A stretch of DNA of 64,000 bases from Ranitomeya imitator (lineage: Eukaryota). The translations under genes and the position numbers were made by a program. The notes beneath the pieces are model-generated. The model did no database searches, was not told the origin of the DNA, and saw only the letters and a program-made list of their open reading frames with translations. Positions 58,615-64,000 of this stretch are shown one piece after another (positions within the stretch are counted from its first letter, which is position 1; each line of letters opens with the position of its first letter). Where the stretch lies: the NCBI RefSeq assembly GCF_032444005.1, contig NC_091288.1:16058001-16122000 (forward strand), read 5' to 3'.

Positions 58615-61600
58615 ATGGAGTTCCCAGACCTGGGGAAGCATTGTTCAGAGCCGACCTGCAAGCAGCTGGGTAAGCTGAAAATCGGAGACGGGGACCATGG
58701 AATAGAAGTAATAATTGGACCTGATCTATGTCTTTTCATCCCGCAGACTTTCTACCTCTCAAATGTGACGCCTGTGAGCAAATCTTCTGCAAAGACCACG
58801 TAACGTACGCCCTCCATAACTGCAGCTCAGCGTACAAGAAGGTATCAAGACGGGATAATCCACCCTGTAGATCATGGACGTCTCCCGTGTGGTCGTTTTA
58901 TCACCTCTGCTGTCTTTCAGGACGTGCAGGTCCCGGTTTGCCCCTTGTGTAACATCCCAATCCCAGTGAAAAGAGGTCAGACTCCGGACATCGTGGTTGG
59001 GGAACACATTGATCGTGACTGCAAGTCCGACCCAGCTCAGCAGAAACGCAAGGTGAGGAGAAGATGGATCTCTGCAGGAAGGAGAAATGTTCATGATCAG
59101 TTGGGGGTCCTCCCTTAGGATGGGCCCACCACTCCCTAGTGCGTTAAATGGGACTGTGCTGCAATACCAGAAATGACCTGCTGACTAGAGTGGCGCTGCC
59201 TGCTGGAATCCCCAGCTCCTGTTCCGATCGTCATCACTGTGGCGTCATGCACACATGACTCTGCGGCCTGCTAATCTGAACAGACGCATAGGATGCCGAC
59301 AGGTAGGGGCTGTTCTGAGGGCCCCCGTCTGGCAGCCACGGACTACCGACGTGGCCTCGGGACCAGGGTCCTGCAAAGCGATTCTCATATGTCGAGATTT
59401 ATCCCTTGCATAACATAGTCGACAGCCTTCTTGTCCTTCTTCATGATTACATCCATGACCGGAGACTTCTCTGTCCATATTCAGATATTCACTAATAAAT
59501 GCGGGAAGCCGGGCTGTCGGCAGAAAGAGCTGATGAAAGTGATCTGTGAAGACTGCCATGGGAACTTCTGCCTCAAGCACAGACATCCGCTGGACCATGA
59601 GTGCAAAGGCCAAAGCGCCCCCATCTCCCGGGCAGGGTGAGTCCATACTGGGCTGAATGTGCATGCACAGAAATGTATTGTGAGGCTCGAAGAAGCCGTC
59701 TGTCCATCTGTGAAACGAGATTCCTTCATATTAGTGGTCTAAGCATTAGGACTAGTGATGAGTGAACGTGCTCGGATAAGGTGTTATCTGAGCATGCTCG
59801 GGTGCTAACACAGTTTCCTTCCTAATACTATGTACGAGTCCCCGCAGCTGCATGTCTCACAGCTGTCCTAACAAACAGGCAATTCCTGCATTTGTTGCAG
59901 CTGTCGAACAGCCGGGAAACATGCAGTTGTGGCATCTAACATTTTATGTGAGCACGCCGAAGTCACTCCCTTAGCACCCGAGCATGCCCAGATAACACCT
60001 TATCCAAGCACGCTCGCTCATCACTAATTAGGACCTGTGTCTCCATGCACTAAATCCAAGAAGATGCCTGACTTAATCCTAGGAAAGTATGGAGTCTGGT
60101 GGAAAAGATTAATAACTTTCTTTACTGTCCATCGAGGGTACCTATCATCTCCGGCATATCATTCATGTGACCACTGCAGGCAATCACAGGCCTGACTCGC
60201 TGCTGGTGACTTACTACAGTGATCACTTGAATGATGTCGATACTTTATGAATGCAGAAAGCAAGTCGATGCTGCCTAGGACAACTGAGGCGGCGGCATCG
60301 GAGAGGGAGGGGATCCAATCCATTTAACCCATTCCTATCACACATTCTGGATAACCCCTTTCACTGCTTTCTAATTCCCTTAAAGGGGTTGTCTCAACTT
60401 CTTAAATGGCTTAAATTGCAAAAGTGTTTGTAAAAACAAAAAAATCAGCAATTTACCTCTTTAAAAAAAAAAATAATTTTATGGTTTACTGATCATTGCC
60501 TTGGTTACCAGCCACCGCTACAGTATATGAGAGGTGGTCAGTTTCCTAGGCAAGGAGTACTGCTCTTACAAGCTCTTTGCTGTAGAGCTTGTAACTTCTG
60601 CTGTGTTGCTAGCTGGATCCCTCCATCGTCGACGCCCCAGCGCTCTTCAGGTGCTGCCTCTGCTTCGGTCCAGCGGTGCACTGCGGGTTTGAACTGTCAA
60701 TCATCAGAAGTTTCCCTCCCCTCCTGTAAAACAGGTCTGAGGGCGCAGTGCACTGGTGTAGACAGAGCATGAGACAAACCCTTTAATGGCAGAGAGTAAG
60801 ATAAATCTTCTGCTGTTTCTCAGGCATGCCGCTCTGCTCAGGTCTCAGGCCTCTTCTTCCAAAGCCCCAGCATCGTCTAGTCACACGGTGGCCAGGCCGG
60901 CGCCTCAGCCGCAGCACAGCAGGTGGGGGACTGACGGGAGGTATGGGGTGATGTGTTTTTGCATTGACTTTGATTAAATTGCTTCCGTTTTAATCTCTTG
61001 TTCTGTGTTTCAGAGCAAGCATTCCTAGTCCCAATCCCCCTGCAGCAGCCGCTCTGCAGAATGGATTAGTAAGTGTTCTGCTTTTCCAGATGGTCGTATC
61101 ATGTAACGACCAGAACCCAGCAGCATAAAGCATAAATGCACACTAGAATACGCCAGTTCTCTAGTACAAAGCACCATTCCGCTTATCCCTTCATGCAATC
61201 CCTACATGCAACACTAGGGGGCAATCTATGTGCAATTCCTGCATAGACTTGTGTACACATCGCCCTCTAGTGGTAGCACCAGATTAGGTTTTTTACTTGC
61301 TGCCTGTGCTCTTTTCCAATGACTTATGACTTTGTATATAAATCAGGCTCTAATTTATTTATGCTGCTGGTTCATGTAGCAATAAGTGCACTTTAAAGGG
61401 GTCTTCTGGGATTTTATAACCGGCAAAGTGATAATATAATTATAACTCCGATTTTCCGTCCTTGCTGAGCTGCTCATTCCATGCTCCCTGTCTGTTACAT
61501 GCTAACGCAGCCAATCACCGGCCTCGGCAGTGACGCTGGTCTGTACGGCACATGACCACCGAGGCCAGGGACTGGCAAGGAATATTATCAGTGAGTTGTG

Positions 61601-62793
61601 GCTAATGTATTATCACACTTTATAAAGTCTCTCCCCAGAAATTCCCTTTAAAATTCTTGTAGCGTTGACTGTCGATTGGGGCTTTTTAAGTTTGATGATT
61701 TATTGCACCGCTTCGTCCAATTTCTGACTTCATCTCGTTCTGTCAGACAGAAGAAGAGGCGTTACAGAGGGCTTTGGAAATGTCGCTTGCAGAATCGGCG
61801 CAGAATGCAACTCCGCAGCACAGGTAGAGTGATTTATACTTACCCGAGAAATCTTCTTTTTTTCACTGGTTGCTTGGTGTTTAATAACCTTCTGTCCTGT
61901 GGAAATTCTCTGTGCATGCGACTTCTGCCGTGCTCAGCAACCAATCTGAGCAGGCAGAGCTGCAGTGTAAAGCAGGGTGGCATATCAGCTGTCTGAGCCA
62001 CGTGGTTTGTTTTCAGATTATTTTTTTTTTCATGCAATTTAGACTACCATGCATCGAATTACAAAGCAGCCATCACTGAAGAATGATCATCAAGGTGGCA
62101 AAGGCTTAAAGGAGTTTTCCAAAATAAAACAAAAAACAAAACAGGGCAGATAGGTTTCAAAAAACGGCGCCACATCTGTCCACAGGTTGTTTATGGTAAT
62201 GCAACAAGGCTCCAGTGAAGTGAATGGAGCTGAGCTAAAATACAAGACGCCCAATGGACAGGTGAGGTGCTGTTCTGGAGGAACGCTGCCATGTTTTTCT
62301 AATGCTGGACATCCCCTTTAAATATGATTCCACTGCAAAGCTCCATTCTCGCTGATAGGTGTAGCATATTTCGTAATAGGTCTGTTTCTTTCTGTGATAC
62401 AGTATTCATAGGCCATCGGTATCAAATCGGTGGGATCCGACTGGCCTTGCATTGGTTGTGGGGGAGTGCTGCTGCCGTTGCATCACTGCTTACACCCGTA
62501 CTACGTGCATGTAGCAGAGGCAGTGATGGATGTCACAGCACAAGCAGTAAAGAAGCCATAGACCCTAGAAACATTTGATCTGAATGATGGGGGTCCCATA
62601 AAACCCCCCTCTTGGTCTACTTCTCTTGGTGGGCAATTTGCGCTACGTTGATGACACTGTACCCTAATGGGATTAATTGCTTCAGTAACTTGGTGTTGTG
62701 TTGTCTCTCAGCTCTCAGGAAGAGGAGGATTTGGCTCTAGCCCGAGCGCTATCAGCCAGCGAGGAGGAATACAGACGGCAGCAGCAGCAGGCG
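58615..62793 (+). CDS. ZFAND2B: AN1-type zinc finger protein 2B (AIRAPL): join(58615-58669,58747-58841,58921-59052,59485-59636,60824-60922,61014-61068,61747-61823,62712-62793); terminal exon missing, possibly starting at 63989
   Basis: MEFPDLGKHCSEPTCKQLDFLPLKCDACEQIFCKDH; second AN1 finger CGKPGCRQKELMKVICEDCHGNFCLKHRHPLDHEC; UIMs TEEEALQRALEMSLAE and EEEDLALARALSASEEEY (UIMs distinguish 2B from 2A). Phases consistent. Confidence 0.93.
59753..60026. mobile_element. hAT MITE
   Basis: TIR TAGTGATGAG; perfect 8-bp TSD ATTAGGAC (59745-59752, 60027-60034). Confidence 0.9.
61397..61647. mobile_element. T2-type MITE
   Basis: TTAA|AGGGGTCTTCTGGG...CCCAGAAATTCCCT|TTAA. Confidence 0.65.
62110..62317. 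mobile_element. T2-type MITE
   Basis: TTAA|AGGAGTTTTCCA...TGGACATCCCCT|TTAA. Confidence 0.6.
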
Positions 62794-63044
62794 GTGAGTA
62801 GAAACCCGCAAGAGTCATCACGCTGCGATGTAGAGACCTAACACGGGCATGCTGCTGTGTGCAGGGCAATGCATGGCGCCATTCAGCTCGGAGTGACGCT
62901 TAAATCATCGGGACTCATTATTTGTAGTTTACGGGGCTTGCCCCATTATGAACATCTATGGCAAATCCACAGGATATGCCATAAATCTCCAATGAGAATA
63001 CCCCTTTTATGATATTTGAAGGAAATGAAATGAAAACACCTTTT

Positions 63045-63426
63045 GGGTTTGTGCACACGCTGCGGATTCTCTGTGGATCCGCAGCGTTTTTTGAGGTGCA
63101 GAAACGCTGCAGATCTGCAATTGATTTACAGTACAATGTAAATCAATGAGAAAAAAAAAATGCTGCGCACACTTTGCGGAAAATCCGCTGCGGAAACGCT
63201 GCGGGTTTAAAAGAAGTAGCATGTCACTTTTTTGTGAATCTGCAGCGTTTTTGTACCCATTCCATTATAGAAAACCGCAGGGGTAAAAACCGCAGCAAAA
63301 GCGCACAAAAAAACGCTGCGGAACCGCACAAAAAACGCGACAAATCCGCAGGTGCGTTTTTTGCCTGGAGAGGCAGAATCCGCACCAGAAATTCCTAAGC
63401 CTAATCCGCAATGTGTGCACATAGCC
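63045..63426. mobile_element. Palindromic MITE (GGxTxTGTGCACAC family)
   Basis: GGGTTTGTGCACACGCTGC...GCAATGTGTGCACATAGCC; internal AAATCCGC/GCGGATT subrepeats as in 4131-4464. Confidence 0.75.
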
Positions 63427-64000
63427 TCAAGCATTTATATATTTTTTTTCATCCATGTGAAAATAAATGAACATTTCACATGTATTCTGCTGCCTAAGAT
63501 GGGCAGCTGTCATCATCCCTCCAGTATAGCATGCCGTGGTGATTACGCAGGGGACATGGTCGCTTTGTGCAGATAGTCACTGGAGGTGACCGCAGCGAGG
63601 CATCCTGTGTGCCATCATCCTCCATACATAATCATCATTGCTTTGCTCCCATCTAGTATAATGTGCATATAGTCGCTCACCGCACAATGTACAAGGTACC
63701 AATAGACCAACACTCCTCAGAAGTGAAAAAAAGGAAACCAATTCCAATGAAAGAAAAACATTTTTTTCCCAAATATTTTTCCCTTCAGCGCTCTGACCGC
63801 CACACTTAGGATTTTGCGTGCCGCGTAGCACAGGTAAGTGGAACAATATATATAATATTTTATATACAAACGGCGTGTTAGCCTATTGTACCTTGTATAT
63901 TCTCTGTTGGTTTCCTGCTGTCATTTCTGCTGAACTTCTGACACTCGGCTGATATAAAACTAAATAAATCTGTAATGTCTGAATTCAGGGGCAGACGAGT

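Overview
Vertebrate genomic DNA, most likely an anuran amphibian (inferred from frog-like protein sequences and the repeat landscape). I hand-assembled four protein-coding genes using splice sites and reading phase: the last 3 coding exons of GLB1L (+), complete ANKZF1 (-, 16 coding exons, 705 aa), complete ATG9A (+, 14 coding exons, 826 aa, one U12-type intron) and most of ZFAND2B/AIRAPL (+, 8 exons, terminal exon probably at or past the window edge). ANKZF1 and ATG9A share a compact head-to-head promoter. Compared with the human cluster, ABCB6 is missing between ATG9A and ZFAND2B, and ZFAND2B is flipped. Introns are dense in mobile elements: a decayed DIRS retrotransposon (ITRs, ICR, nested L2), a ~100-bp DIRS ends-only remnant, a young CR1 nested in a Tc1 end, Tc1 elements, a solo LTR, hAT and TTAA MITEs, a SINE, and three Penelope-like fold-back insertions, two with minimal hammerhead-like folds. 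There are about eight unrelated minisatellite families, two of them visibly grown from transposon sequence. Most long ORFs in the track are artefacts of tandem repeats. I found no convincing new protein-coding system; the best leads are RNA-structural, splicing, synteny and TE-architecture observations.
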